A stretch of 64,000 bases of DNA from Octopus bimaculoides (GCF_001194135.2 NC_068981.1:65499387-65563386), one strand, 5' to 3'; shown: positions 38,413 to 53,271, counted from the stretch's first letter. A program made the numbers and translations. The notes: generated from the sequence alone by a model not told the origin.

Positions 38413-41400
38413 TAGAGGATGAAAGGCAGTCACCTCAGCATGTCTTGAATCCAAAACACTGATAGTGGTGTGGGGGTGGGAGTGAAACTAAATGCTACGT
38501 AGTATTGTATAACAAGATAATATTGACTTTTAATATTAGTATGCAGTTGGAAATATTAGGTGGGGAAACAACCAATTAAATTGACCCTAGTATATTGCTC
38601 GAATATTGGTTTCAAATTTTGGCACAAGGCCAGCAATTTCGGAGGAAGGGGTACACCAATTATATCGACCCCAATATTCAACTGGTACTTAATTTTATCA
38701 ACCCCCACAAAAGGATGAAAGGCAGAGTTGACTCTGATAGCATTTGAGCTCAGAGTATGAAGTTGGATGCAAAGCTGCAAAACATTTTGCCCAGCATGCT
38801 TAACCATTCTACCAGCTCACCACTTTAGTATGTTACTAGAATATTATCAATATTCATTTCGTTAACTCAGGAAGGAAGAGCATGATTAAACACTAATACA
38901 AAAACATAGTTCCTCTTCTGCAAATACTTTGCTCTTTCAATGTGATAATATTAATAAAACGAGTAAAATAATAAATTAAATTAAATTAAATGGTGAGCTC
39001 GTTTATTGATATAAAACATCATTCTTAAGTCTTCTGTGTGCAGGTACAAAAGGCTTGCTGTGTTTGACAGTATGATTTATGTTCTAATGGGTGTCTGGTA
39101 AGAATTTTTCACTGCAGTGGAAGTTTCAGTTAATTATCTGTGTACAGGTATTTGGGCAGAGTTCAAACATGTAAAGAGGTCACCACTGGTTGATGAGAGT
39201 AGAGTAGGAAAGGAAGGCATGTTTGCTAGGGTACAATTTGACCTACATTCCTTATAAGGGAGAAGAATAAAGAAGTTAAAAGCCCTAGATGCAAAAAAAG
39301 AAATGAATAAAAAATAAAACTGAAGGAAACATCTTCAAACTATAGGAAGTGTTATATGTCTCTGTATGTGAAAGGAAAAGAGAGAGAATGTATGTGTGTG
39401 TGTGTGTGTGTGTGTGTATATTTATATAGGAAAATGAAAAATAATAATAAGGCAGAATGCTAAACTGGAAGCATATTTTAATAAAGATTTCTAACCGGCT
39501 TTCATTGCATAGCAAATTTTCAAGAAGAGGGAGAATGAAAATGTTTTTTACAAAGAAGTACAAAATGAAGNNNNNNNNNNNNNNNNNNNNNNNNNNNNNN
39601 NNNNNNNNNNNNNNNNNNNNNNNNNNNNNNNNNNNNNNNNNNNNNNNNNNNNNNNNNNNNNNNNNNNNNNNNNNNNNNNNNNNNNNNNNNNNNNNNNNNN
39701 NNNNNNNNNNNNNNNNNNNNNNNNNNNNNNNNNNNNNNNNNNNNNNNNNNNNNNNNNNNNNNNNNNNNNNNNNNNNNNNNNNNNNNNNNNNNNNNNNNNN
39801 NNNNNNNNNNNNNNNNNNNNNNNNNNNNNNNNNNNNNNNNNNNNNNNNNNNNNNNNNNNNNNNNNNNNNNNNNNNNNNNNNNNNNNNNNNNNNNNNNNNN
39901 NNNNNNNNNNNNNNNNNNNNNNNNNNNNNNNNNNNNNNNNNNNNNNNNNNNNNNNNNNNNNNNNNNNNNNNNNNNNNNNNNNNNNNNNNNNNNNNNNNNN
40001 NNNNNNNNNNNNNNNNNNNNNNNNNNNNNNNNNNNNNNNNNNNNNNNNNNNNNNNNNNNNNNNNNNNNNNNNNNNNNNNNNNNNNNNNNNNNNNNNNNNN
40101 NNNNNNNNNNNNNNNNNNNNNNNNNNNNNNNNNNNNNNNNNNNNNNNNNNNNNNNNNNNNNNNNNNNNNNNNNNNNNNNNNNNNNNNNNNNNNNNNNNNN
40201 NNNNNNNNNNNNNNNNNNNNNNNNNNNNNNNNNNNNNNNNNNNNNNNNNNNNNNNNNNNNNNNNNNNNNNNNNNNNNNNNNNNNNNNNNNNNNNNNNNNN
40301 NNNNNNNNNNNNNNNNNNNNNNNNNNNNNNNNNNNNNNNNNNNNNNNNNNNNNNNNNNNNNNNNNNNNNNNNNNNNNNNNNNNNNNNNNNNNGGGAATAC
40401 CAAAAATGGGACAAGAACACAAAATATCCAGGCAGCTAGATGATACAAAAAGGTTACAACAAAATATCCAGACAGACAATACAAAAAAAAAACAAGGACG
40501 GGTCGTTCGGAGTTTTCTTTCTTCGGTCGAGTTTCAGATTATCTTTGCAATTTCAGTTGGTTATCCTCAAGATTGCTCCAATCTGGCCAGCCCCAAGGAA
40601 AAACGAAGCTAAGAGCACTAGATTCCTTGGAAGAAAGCAGTGAATGTATACGAAAACAAAGACGGAAAATCAGAGAAATGGTACACAAATACAAATGCAA
40701 ATAAAGGACATTAACAACAGGTGTCTTTAGACTAAGGACGAATTAAATTAAATTAGAAGTGAAGCCTTACAGAAGGGACATAAGAGATGACAGACATGGG
40801 GAGGAATATAGATGTTGCACGGATGGTAGTCAAACCAAGAAAGAAAGGTCAGGCTTCTTTTAGTTTCTATGAAGCCTATTCACAAAGCTTTGTACAACCC
40901 AAATCTGTAGTAGAAGACATTTATCCTAGTTACCACATAGGGGGACTGAACTGAAACCCATGAGCTTGGAAGTGAGCTTCTTAACCACACTGACATGTAT
41001 CATCACTATCATCATCATTTCATGTCCATCCTCCATGCTGGCATGAGTTGGGTGGTTTGACAGGAACCAGTGAACCAGAGGTCTGCTTTGGCACACAATT
41101 TCTAACTGTTGAATGCTTTTCCTAACCACTTTACAGAGTACACTGGGTGTTTTTTTTCATGGCACTGGTACTAGTGAGGTCACTAAGTAACTCGCAAGAC
41201 AAGACCCCTCAGCTAAGTATGGGTGTAGTATTGAGGGAGGTGGCTTGGTGCTAGGTATTAAGAGGTTAAACTATGATAGAGAGATAGGAACAGGTGTCTT
41301 ACTGTAAAGAACAGGGCTATCCCAGCTGAAAAGGAGAAAAGAGATGGTGAACATGTATCCTCAAGGCACTCGGTGAATATTAGAGAGAATAAAGAGAGAG

Positions 41401-41774
41401 GAACAGAAAATGTGGGTGAGAGGTAAGTTCAGAAGAGTGTGAAATGGAGATGAAGATCAAGGTAGACACGGTGAATGGGGCATACAAATGGAGGCACAAT
41501 TAATGGTTACTGTCAGTTTGGAGTGGGAAGTGAAGGAAATAGGAGTGAATCAGGAAGGAAATTGAAATGAATCAATAGTGAACCAAGAGGCAAAAGTGGA
41601 AGTGCTAAGAGACTGTGATAGGGAGATGATGTGAAGCATAGGATAAATGATATAATTAACAGAGTAGTGCCATTATTAGAAGTGGTTGGAAGAATGGATA
41701 TTAAAAGAGGAGTTACAAGGGGAAAGCTTCACAGGAGCTAATTTTTACTGGGTCTTTTTAAGCATAGCACATCA

Positions 41775-41972
41775 CCAATCATCTTGGTCCCTTGTCATCT
41801 CCTTTGTAAGGCTTGTGGTCAGATTCCACTACTTCATCCCATCTCCTCATAGGTCTCCCTCTTCCATTGGTTCCATCCATGTTCAGAGACAGGCACTGCT
41901 TTATGCTGCTGTCCTCATCCATTTTCATTGCATGACCATACTAACACAACCTTTTCTCTTTGCACACCACAT
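41775..41972 (-). mobile_element. RTE-clade LINE fragment
   Basis: Homologous to 54900-55119 (..GCTGTCCTCATCCAT..CATGACCATAC..). Confidence 0.55.
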
Positions 41973-42073
41973 ATATTTACAGGTACAGTCTCTCTTTCTC
42001 TCTTCACTCTCTTATATATATATATATATATATATACATGCACATACACTTGTGTGTGTGTATATTTACAGTT

Positions 42074-42106
<33 letters not shown>

Positions 42107-44469
42107 NNNNNNNNNNNNNNNNNNNNNNNNNNNNNNNNNNNNNNNNNNNNNNNNNNNNNNNNNNNNNNNNNNNNNNNNNNNNNNNNNNNNNNNNNNNNNN
42201 NNNNNNNNNNNNNNNNNNNNNNNNNNNNNNNNNNNNNNNNNNNNNNNNNNNNNNNNNNNNNNNNNNNNNNNNNNNNNNNNNNNNNNNNNNNNNNNNNNNN
42301 NNNNNNNNNNNNNNNNNNNNNNNNNNNNNNNNNNNNNNNNNNNNNNNNNNNNNNNNNNNNNNNNNNNNNNNNNNNNNNNNNNNNNNNNNNNNNNNNNATA
42401 TATATATATATATATATATATAATACAAATAATATATGAGTATATGCATATATATGTACATACCCACATCTACATGTATATATAGATGCATATCTGGGTA
42501 CAGGATGCTGCAAAAAAAAAACGTGGACAAAATGATAGACCGAATACAGAAAACACACAGGCCACATATAAAACATTTCCTTCATCAGCTGCCACCATTC
42601 TAAAAAGCGTTTGTGTGTGCATATATATCAACTGTATCTATAATTCAAAAGTCCAGTGCCAGGCTTGTCACACATTGGCTGTGGGTGTGTGTCTGAGGAG
42701 TCTGCTAAGGATTCATATCTGGAATATTCTGCTATGTACACTGTGATTGAATGGGTGTGTGGTTGCATTGATCAGGCAGCTGGACCACTCCTGATTGAGA
42801 AGTGTGGTGGACGATCCATTTAGTCATTCTCACATGTGTCTCTGCTTTCACTCTTTGTCTACTGCTAACTCAACTAGTACCACATGATTTCATCTTTTTT
42901 ACTAACAGTCATTGCTGTTGACAAATCTGTTTTTCCCTGCTACTGAATACCAATAAATGATGGCACTACTAAGAACAGGAAAAAGAATTGATTGATTTCA
43001 TTGGTGGGGGGGGGGGCAGTGAGAGAGGGAGGGAGGGAGGCAGAAGATTGGGAGTGTAACAGGATAAGTGATTGTGCCTTGAGAGGAGTGAAGAAGAGGA
43101 GAGCAGAGGAGGGATGATGAGGTGGGTGAGAAGGGTGTAGGAGCTGAGGAAGATAGTATGTGTGTGTGTGTTAGGGACAGAGATAGTAAGAGAAAGGCAA
43201 AGTGAGAAAACAGTGAGGGAAATTTTGGAAGAGAGAGGGAAGTTGTGTGTGTATGTATGAGAGAGAGAGAGAGAGACCTGAAATGGGAAAACGAGAGAAA
43301 CAGGATGTCAGGAGAATTTTGAAATAAAAGGGGATGTGTGTGTGTTAGAGAGTAAGAGAGAGAGAAGAAATGAAATAAGATAGAAAGGAGTATAACAGGT
43401 TAGGATAAGTGAGAGATAGAAAGGGAAAATGAGTGAGTGAGAAAAATATCTTTGTTTTTTGGGGTCTTTTTTTTTTTATTCTGAAACCAGTTGCTATTTT
43501 GTTTTTAGTTTCCTTTGAAATTCGTACAGGTTTTCTGCTTTTCCTCATCTTTGTTTATTCTCAATTTTTACTACTACTACTATTGCTACTAACACCAACT
43601 GCTTGGAGCAAACTATTGAGCCTGTACACCAAAGGTGGCAAACCACTTACCCACAGGCAAAATTTCAGCCACATTCAAATTTGAAACCACTCACTGACAT
43701 AGCCTCCGAAAATCCATATGAAAAAGTGTGTAAACCCAAGAATTAATCTAGTTTTAATTAACAGAACTATTGTATTTCTAAAATTAATGATGCACCTCTC
43801 CAGGTTCTTATTACTCTTACAATTTGCCTCTGGTCCTAAAAGCTACAGAAAGACTTGTAAGACAAAAACATACACANNNNNNNNNNNNNNNNNNNNNNNN
43901 NNNNNNNNNNNNNNNNNNNNNNNNNNNNNNNNNNNNNNNNNNNNNNNNNNNNNNNNNNNNNNNNNNNNNNATATATATATATATATATACAAGCCAGTAC
44001 ATACACGTGGAGTCACAATCCACATATTATATACATTAGCATGTCCTTGCATATACTATTTCTACATAAATGCACACATTCTTGTATGTTCTGTATTCTG
44101 TGTGATAACAGATATGTCAGCTCACCGCTTTCGCAGTGTTGTACATTAATTCATGTGTAAATGAAATTGTTAAACAAACACATATGTACGAACAATTCTG
44201 TTTCTCATCTCTTTTCTTTCTACACAAACACACACACACACACACACACACGTGCACACACCTTAATTTATGCATAAATATATACTGGTATTTGCTTCAC
44301 AAATTTTACATTTACTTTGTTTACTGAATGAATAAACACACACACACACACACACACACATACATAAACATCTGTGCACATGCACACTCTGTTTTTTTAG
44401 TTTCTAGATGAGTGTATGTATGTGCTATATACATGTGTATTTTTGTGTTTGTTTGTGTGTAGTTGTAGG

Positions 44470-44595
44470 TAGATAAATAGATAGATAGATAGATAGATAA
44501 AGAATATATTAGATCCTAGATAGATAAATAGATACATGGATAGATAGATAGATAGAGAGATAGATAACTAGGTAGGTAGATAAAAAATAGATATA
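44470..44595. repeat. (GATA)n degenerate microsatellite
   Basis: Direct reading. Confidence 0.85.
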
Positions 44596-44945
44596 TTGTT
44601 TACTACATGAACAAATTCACACCCACACTCTCTCTCACTTTCTCTTTATGCCTCTCACACAAACACACACTTATATACAAATTCATGTGCTTAACTTTTT
44701 ACATAAATACACGTACACATACATATACAGTCACATACTTTCACTCTCTGTTTTTCTCACACATACACACAATTTGCTCATATCTCCAGTATACTTCCAT
44801 AACACGCAACTAATGTTAAGTGATTACTCAGACACACAGACACAGTTTGTGATGTTTGAGTGCGTGTGAGTGTTTACTGTAAGCAGTTAATTTCTTGTTT
44901 AAGGCTATCTATAACTATGCACATAGTATTCTGTGCATGTGTGTG

Positions 44946-44987
<42 letters not shown>

Positions 44988-45412
44988 TGTGTGTGTAGGT
45001 GGTATCTGTTCTCTAATACATAGATATACACATATGTATCTTGGTTTCAAAATAGGTACATTGTTTCCTTGCATGTTGTTGGAGATGGCTAAAGAGGTTG
45101 GCATTAGGAAGAGCAATTTGCTATAAAACTGCCTCAAAAAGTCTTACCCATACCATACTAACATGGAAAAGGCAGGAATAAATGCAGTCATCATGTATAG
45201 TTAAAAACATGGCTGTCTAGTTATGAAGTTCATATTGTTGTCTGATGGTTTTGGGTTCAGTTCCACTGCATGACATCCTGTGTATGTTATATACTACAAT
45301 AGCCTCAAGTTGACCAATATCTTGTGAGTGTAATTGATAGAAGGGAAACTACAGTGAAGCCCATCACATATAAATCATCATATATACATACACGTGTGTG
45401 TGTATTATTATT

Positions 45413-45562
45413 AAGATGGTGAACTGGCAGAATCGTTAGCACGCCAGGCAAAATGCTTAGTGGTATTTCGTCTGTCACTATGTTCTGAGTTCAATTCCGC
45501 TGAGGTCGACTTTGCCTTTCATCCTTTCAGGGTCGATAAATAAAGTGCCTTCAGTAGAAAGG

Positions 45563-45594
<32 letters not shown>

Positions 45595-45889
45595 GGTGGC
45601 GAGCTTAATATTTCAAAATTTCAGGCCCTGTGCCTATAGTAGAAAGGGTTATTATAATAATAATTATTATTATTAAGGCAGCAAGCTGGCAGAATAGTTA
45701 GCACACTGGACAACATGCTTAGCAGTTTTTCGCCTGTCACTACATTCTGAGATCAAATTCCATTGAGGTTGACTTTGCCTTTCATCCTTTTAGGGTTAGT
45801 AAAATAAGTACCAGTTGAGCCCTGGGGGTCGATGTAATCAACTATCCCTCTCCCATAAAATTTCAGGCCTTGTGCCTATAGTAGAAAGG

Positions 45890-45927
<38 letters not shown>

Positions 45928-45985
45928 CATTATTATTATTATTATTATTATTATCATTATTATTATTATTATTATTATTATTAAC
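45413..45985 (+). repeat. Head-to-tail array of family A SINE copies
   Basis: Units AAG.TGGCGA.CTGGCAGAAT...GTAGAAAGGATTATT joined by (ATT)n. Confidence 0.65.
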
Positions 45986-47744
45986 ATCTTTTCAAGGCAG
46001 TACCCAAACATCGCCACAGTCTAATGACTAAAACAAGTAAAAGATAAAAGATCCCATAAACCTCGAGAGAACAAGGATTTTTTTTCTTTTTTTTTTTCGG
46101 TGAGGTGAACGTTGAACCTCAAAACAGATGATAAAGCTATAAATAAAAGCACGTAAATATTGCCTCTGATATTTTCTGTCCAAGGATTTCTTTAACAGAG
46201 TATTTATACTAATATTTATACTTTTAATATCTGCTTCAAGATCAATTGTTCCAAAATAAAACAAAAAAAGAATTATTACTTGTTCCCTTGAGGTGTATGG
46301 GTTCTTATGATGTCAACATATAATTCTTGTTGATCAGAACAAAGCTTTTAAAATGGATTCAGAAATTCAAAGGATTACTTTGGTCCAATGGTAGAACACC
46401 TATCATGTTTACTTGAGTTCCACAAGCAGCCTTTGGCTTTTTCTGTGCAAGGGTTTTTTTTTTAACCCAGTATTTACATGCTATTATTTATAACCTTATC
46501 ACTTTATCATCTACTTTAAGATACATTGTTCACATATAAAAAAACGTTGAATATTTATTAACACTGTCTGAACAAAAATCAGTGATATTGTTTACTTTCA
46601 ATAACAAAAAATAATTAAGTCTTCCAGGAGACATATACAGAATTAATGAAATGAAAAATACCATATTTGGAAAACAACTGGGGTTTGGCAACAGCATGAG
46701 CATCCAGTCATAGAAAATTAATTTAATAAGTTTTATGTATGTAACCCATATTAAGTCAATGAATTTTCTGTCTCTGAAGAAGAAGCTTCAATTTGGGGAT
46801 GAAGTTTGTATAACGTTATGTATCTGAAATTGATGAAAAATTGTTTATGATTACAAAATCTAATATTGTCACAACTTTAATGTTTTTCTTGTGTGTTGCT
46901 AAATTCAGAAGCGGGGTGTTATAGAAATCCATTTCTGAAATGTTTAGTGATTTTTGTCAATTTGTTGTTGAAAGAGATTAGATCATCATGTTCCCATTTA
47001 TGGATGTTTTTGAAGGGACCCATTCATGGAAGCTTTGTAAGTCAGGCATGACTACTTGTCAAGATTGCATGTAAATGATGCTATATGTGCAACGTTAAGG
47101 AAGTGTGAAGTGTAGCATTATCAGCAAATGAATGTTTATGATTAGAAAACTGCAAAAAGATTAACACACAGAAGAAAGAAAGCATGGCATGAAACTGAAT
47201 TTTGGTGGTGCAAGAGAGTTGACAATGTAGGTCAAGACACTCTTGTGGGATATGCATGAAAGGCAAATGGAAATCATATCGGGGTTAAAACAATTGCCCA
47301 TTGGTAGAGTTATTGTCAATAATAAAAGACCACTTTTGTTTGTTTTATAATTATGTTTTATTACAAACTGCTACAACCTTATTCATACTCTACTGCTCTA
47401 CACTATCAATGATGTGGCTTTCTGGTAAATCCAACAGGTACAATTTTTTAAAATTTACACATAGATAAGTTTTCTAATTTTTTGTGTTGTGAGTAGTTAG
47501 AGGAAAAGGGAATAGGGACAACTAGTAGAGGGTCCAAGTGTGCTCACAGGCGATGTCATGAATGACGCCTTCCATACCACCCCAGACATAAGACTTAGAG
47601 AAAGATAATGACCTTTAATTTTCAAGTATGAAAACAGTTTGTATACCCAAAACGCTGTACAATCCTAGTTTACCTACAATAATTTATCTCATATATCTAT
47701 TTTGAATATTTTTACCCTTGCTACTTCAATTCCATAAAATTTAA

Positions 47745-47935
47745 GTAACTTCCCTGCCATTTCTGTTAGATTTTTTAATTTTTTTATTATTATTAGTTAT
47801 TATTTTGCTTTTATAAGCACATATTTCCAATCCATATCTTCTTGCAGTTGTATCAAGATATGCTGTCAGATTTCTAAGTTCTTCTTCGTTGTGTCCTTTT
47901 AAATCAATATCATTGGCAAAACAAAGATTACTCAC
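47745..47935 (-). mobile_element. Non-LTR reverse transcriptase fragment (RTE-like)
   Basis: NLCFANDIDLKGHNEEELRNLTAYLDTTARRYGLEICAYKSKII, matching LRFADDI..S.EEL..L..L......GL.I...KSK. Confidence 0.7.
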
Positions 47936-48080
47936 TTCTCTCTCTCTCTTATGTTAACATTTCTTTGAAAAAGATTCAAAGACTTCAATCATTACGTATT
48001 CAAGAAACACTTTGAAAAGGCTCTCATCTTTTGAATCAGTGGTTTCCTGTTAGTTTGCAACATCATAGTGTTTGCTGATG

Positions 48081-48121
<41 letters not shown>

Positions 48122-48129
48122 CTCTGATG

Positions 48130-48660
48130 CACACTCTATCAACACTAGTTGCCCCAAGGTTTGGTTTCCTCCTCTGCACATTCATGCACACTCTCCCTCT
48201 CAAACACCAACAATCTTCTTGCTGTTACCTCCAACAATATGCACTTCTACACACAAGAAACTACTCCTCGCTCCTCACAAACTACCCACATCTATGCATT
48301 ATCCACATGCAACACAGACTTCTCATGCCAACTCTTTGTTGAATCCATGAACAGATCTCAGACATATTTTCCGATGTGTTCATGCCAATGTTAGATCCTT
48401 TTACTGAATAAATACGCAATAACTGTGCATAAAAAGTTAACATTATCACACTGCACCCATCTTAAACATAAACAACATGCAAGTAGAAACCACAATGCTT
48501 CTACAAATGCCAAACTTCACATCATTGTGGAACTCTCCTTGTAAACCGACAAACTCAGCATAGCTAAGACTAGCCATTGTCTTCAAGGCCAGAAAATACA
48601 AAGCTCAGGAGAGACCATCAATGGAATAACACTCTCACATCTGAATCGTAACTGCTTTTA
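48130..48660 (+). mobile_element. Possible decayed CR1/L2-type LINE 3' region
   Basis: C-rich, coding-like composition with a SLWNSP motif (~48525-48542) resembling WNSLP. Weak. Confidence 0.3.
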
Positions 48661-50194
48661 CACACATACACGCACACACATCCAAAGAAAGGTTATGCAC
48701 CTGATTAGTGCAAAGTTACCCACTAACCTTCCCCAATATCTAGCACTCTCTCCCTCTCTCCCAATCTCTCTCTCTCTTTCTCTCTCTCATTGCCCATATT
48801 GTATCTAACCCACAACCATCCCACAGAGCCCACACTCATCACTATACCCAGTTTTTCCCTGTTTAGAATGTGACCCTTTAAAATTTCATCCTGATACTGC
48901 TTCCCAACCACACACTTTCAAGTTCACTCCCACTGCATGGCACCTTGGGCAAGTGTCTTGTACTATAGCTTCAGGTCAACCAAATCGTTGTGAGTAGATT
49001 TGGTAGACAGAAACTAAAAAAAGCCTGTCCTATATATATATATATATCATCATCATCATCATCATCATCGTTTAACGTCCGCTTTCCATGCTAGCATGGG
49101 TTGGACGACTTGACTGAGGACTGGTGAAACCGGATGGCAACACCAGGCTTGGGAGAATTTATGAAAAAAAACAACAGACGAAGACAGGTGGTGTAAACAA
49201 CAAATGGATGTATTAGTTTAATGCTCAGGAATAGAGAAAGTCTTTGACGTTTCGAGCTACGCTCTTCAACTGAAAGGAACACAGAAAGAAATAAGGAGAG
49301 AAACAAGGAGAAAAAAAATATAAATGTAGTGGTCAGCGATCTATATACACGTGTATGTGTGTGTGTGTTTTATAAGTTTATTACCTTGCATCAGCATATA
49401 CCCAAAAAAAGAAAAGAGAACAAATTTCTTTTTAAATAGTATAAAAGGATTTGATTTTCTTTTGTCTTTTCTTTGTGCCTGAGCCTATAATGGCTGAGTG
49501 TATTTTCAACTTGTCCTCTGACTTGTGTCACTCTCTCTACATTCAAATTTGCTTCTTTTATTTCCTCCAGCTTCAAAAATGTTTTTTAAATGGCATTATG
49601 TTCTTCAGTTGAGAATTCCTTCATTCACATCTCAGCTTATCTGCTGATTTGGTCATCAATCTCATCATTTACACCTGGCTAATCTAACCTTAAAAGGTCT
49701 TCTTCATTGTGGCTCATGTCATGAGAGACAATTCTTTCACATTTTTGTCATTTATTCTAGATACTCCCAAGCGTAAACCAAGTTGAGCAATTTCTATTAC
49801 AGTCCTTGTAACTACAAATTTATAAAGCATATTTTTTACCATGAGAAATTAGATTTTTCTAAACAGCTCTCATATTTCTTAACATTTGTCAATAGACTTA
49901 AACTTTGAGTAAGAGACCTTCAATGTTGCTATTGTTGTAGTTATTGCTGTTGTTGTTGTTCTTTTTCTTCTTCTTCTTCTTCTTCTTCTTATTATTATTA
50001 GTTGTCAGCACGTCGGGTGAAATGCTTAGCAGTATTTTGTCTGCTGCTATGTTCTGAGTTCAAATTCTGCTGAGGTCGACTTTGCCTATCATTCTTTCGG
50101 GGTTGATAAATGAAGTACCAGTGAAACACTGGGGTCAATGCAATTGACTAGTCCCCTCCCACCAAATTTCAGGCCTTGTGCCTCCAGAAGAACA

Positions 50195-50225
<31 letters not shown>

Positions 50226-50351
50226 TATTAAGAAGGTGGCAAGCTAATAGAATCATTAGCATGCTGGGCAAAATGCTTAGCGATCTTTTGTCCGTCTTTG
50301 GTCTAAGTTCAAATTTCAGGTTTTGTTCCTATAGTAGAAAGGATTATTATT

Positions 50352-50900
50352 GAGTGAGAGAGCAATCCATGCCCTCAAAGTGACACTGGGGTAAAATATA
50401 CGAAGCCCAGTATACCCATCATGACTACCCGTCAGATAAGGGTACACCAAGCATATGCATCACAACCACATGTGCATGACATGGTAAACCTATATCAAGA
50501 TACACAGCACATGACCTTGCAGGTGGGGCCCAGTTAGAATTTTCTTCAGACCAAGTAGCCCATATCACTCAAAAAGTCCCTTAATAAGGGATGTTTAAGA
50601 ATGTTGAATGAAACCCCCATGTTTCCAAAGGTGAATTATTCAAACCCCAAAGAATTCCTCTCAACACATGGTTATGATGCTCCCCCATTATTTCTGCACA
50701 TGATCAGAGATGCATATATCATCGATTAGCTAGGGGCATGCTCAACTGGTTACGGTCATGCAATTAACCAGCAAATCTGTGGTATTGAGCAGAATATTTG
50801 CTGTAGCCTATCTTTTATACCAAGACAAAACAATGTACATAATAACACTTCCAATCAGTTAAGATCAGAAGCCATGAGAGCCAATGCCTGCTACTGCATC
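50352..50900 (+). repeat. Interspersed repeat, family D (long copy; unclassified)
   Basis: Start GAGTGAGAGAGCAATCCATGCCCTCAAAGTGACACTGGGG..; the first ~150 bp recur at ~5358-5500 (+) and ~5720-5874 (-). Confidence 0.6.
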
Positions 50901-50905
50901 AGGGA

Positions 50906-50950
<45 letters not shown>

Positions 50951-51399
50951 CATCATTATTATTAAGGAAAGCTGGCAGATCCGTTACAATGCTAAACAAA
51001 ATGCTTAATGACATCTCTTCTGGTTCTTTACTTTCTGAGTTCAGATTCCACCAAGATTGACTTTGTGTTTCATCTTTACTGATTTGGTAAAATAAGTACC
51101 AGTTAAGCACTGAGGTCAATGTTATTGACAAACTTCCTTATGCCTTTTTCAAGTTTATTGACAATGTAAAAAGTAGCAGATATCAAATTGCTTATTCAAG
51201 ACACCTTATAAGGTTTTCATTCACAAGAAAAAAATCATGTCTCACCAAAAACATACATAAATAATCAAAATTCTATATAACATATATAAAAGAATGAAAA
51301 CAGATAATGTCTAGTACAATAACTTTTATTGAGAATACTGAAATAGTATAAGATAAATCAAGGCAATATCTCATACAGGTCAAGATAATGTATTTTGGA

Positions 51400-52600
51400 A
51401 GCCATTTTAGATAATGGAATTTGCTTCACTAATAAGAAACCTTTGCTGTGTTGAAGTTCAGATAAACACACATGGATTATGCCTTCTACTGAAAAGGAAA
51501 CGATTTTTGTGTTTATTCTTGAGACTTGTTCAATAAGAAAAATCTAACTCACACATGTATGAAAATGAAAATTGCCACGATATAATAATAATTGCTTTCC
51601 ATGAAGAGCAGGATACTCGTTGTTCATGGATGTGTAAGTAAATCTCATTGTGAGTGCACAATCAGATTGCCTCATGTAAAGTCTTTCCTGTCCTCTTAAT
51701 GTCAATGATGAGCAGAAGAATCAGAGTATGAATCTCTCACTCAAACATACGCTTCTTTTGAAAAGGTGGAAAAATAATGTTTGATGTTGAAGAGCTGTTC
51801 TTCTGGGTGAGTTTCAAGAAAACTTGGAATTTGCTGTTGAAACATTTCAAGATTTGTTTTTATGACATAATCATTTCAAATTTTCAGTCTCCTTTTAAAG
51901 TCAAAAATTTTCTCCAGGGTCTTGTACTGACTTGTTCAACTGAGTCATGTGATAAAAACTAAGTAGCCAAGCTTTATAATCAATTTTTTTCTTCAAAGGA
52001 AATGGCAAATTCCTGCCTTTTATTTTTTTACAAGTATTCTTACAATTCATCTTTCATCTTGTAAACTGCATTAGGAATGCTTCTTCTACTAAAAACCTAG
52101 ACTTCTGTATGAAGCAGGAGATTTATGTGCTTCTTGTCACGGTTTTCTCACAGCCTTTTAAACATTCTTAACTGAACTGGTTTTTCTTTCATAAAATTGG
52201 CCAGTTTTAAAGCACTATGAAGAAAGATTTTTTCCAAATTCATTTTCATAATAGTTAGAAATCAATACTGTGAAAAAAGTAAAATATTGAGACAATGTTT
52301 GCATATCATTTTGCAACAGAAACAAAATTTCTTAAGGAGAAATTCATCATTTTGAACATCAATACAGATACTAACACAGTTCTTCCACAAAAGACCTCTT
52401 GTTTCCAGATATTCCTATGGTTTGCCCCATGCAATTCTTTGCATAAGACAGAAACCATTTTCTTGAATTTCCTTCTCATTGACAAATCCTACAAAATCTA
52501 CATAACATTTATTGGTTAGATTTTATCAGATTTTGTCAACTTGGATGGAAGTTTTTCTATTGTTCATTGTCACATAAAAGCTCTCCAATGTCATGTATCA
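51400..52600 (-). mobile_element. Decayed hAT transposase of the Buster/Charlie (ZBED8/FAM200-like) group
   Basis: Minus-strand fragments SIQVDK, FVGFVNEKEIQEN, ETRGLLWKNCVSICID (52357-52405) and LLLHTEV (~52100-52122), in the expected order with many stops and frameshifts. Boundaries approximate; no TIRs found. Confidence 0.75.
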
Positions 52601-53015
52601 TTATCAGCATGCTGAATTATTCTATTATTTGCAAGTATTTCAGCCCCCTATAATGTTACATGCTATTCAAACCACCTACAGAGTGTGCAAGGTGATTTTT
52701 TTTTTTTTTTTTTTGTGGCACCAGCACTATTAGGGTTGCCTTGTAGCTTGCAAGGTGAAAGAGTGCTCTCTTGACAGAAAGAGTATCCATTAAAAATAAT
52801 GGAAGAAATATATATTGTTGAGAGAGGATAGTAGTGGTGATAGTAATAGAGAGAACAGTGTAGGCGAAGGACTGAATAATGGGGAAGACAAAGGGCAGAG
52901 GAATGTCTGGCATTAGTGTGAAAGAGAAGCGGTCAGTGTAATAAGAGTGATGTGGTAGTTGGTTGCGTACAGGAGAAGCTAATGTTGTTTCACTTGATGT
53001 GTGTGTGTGTGTGTC

Positions 53016-53078
<63 letters not shown>

Positions 53079-53271
53079 ATAAACACATAACACATACCTA
53101 TATAAACATAAATATACTTAATGTTTTGAAATTCATATGACAGCCTTAAATAATAAGCAGAAAATAATATGGGGAACCTGCATGCCAGAAAGCACAGACA
53201 GGACTGACAAGAGAGCTGTATGATCAGTATTTATTTGCATGTACAATTTGTGAGAGAAGTTTAGTTGGCAT

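Noticed and set aside
39485-39530. Minus-strand TTGAAAA-T-TTGC-tat-GCAA-T-GAAAGCCGGTT-AGAA, hammerhead-like architecture next to a gap
   Set aside because: Two core positions differ and stems I and III need indels; too degenerate without a family consensus.
40393-40860. CpG-retaining segment right of the 822-N gap, probably a young repeat
   Set aside because: Single occurrence in the window with no diagnostic motif; a CCGAAGA...CGAAC hammerhead-like reading fails the core consensus.
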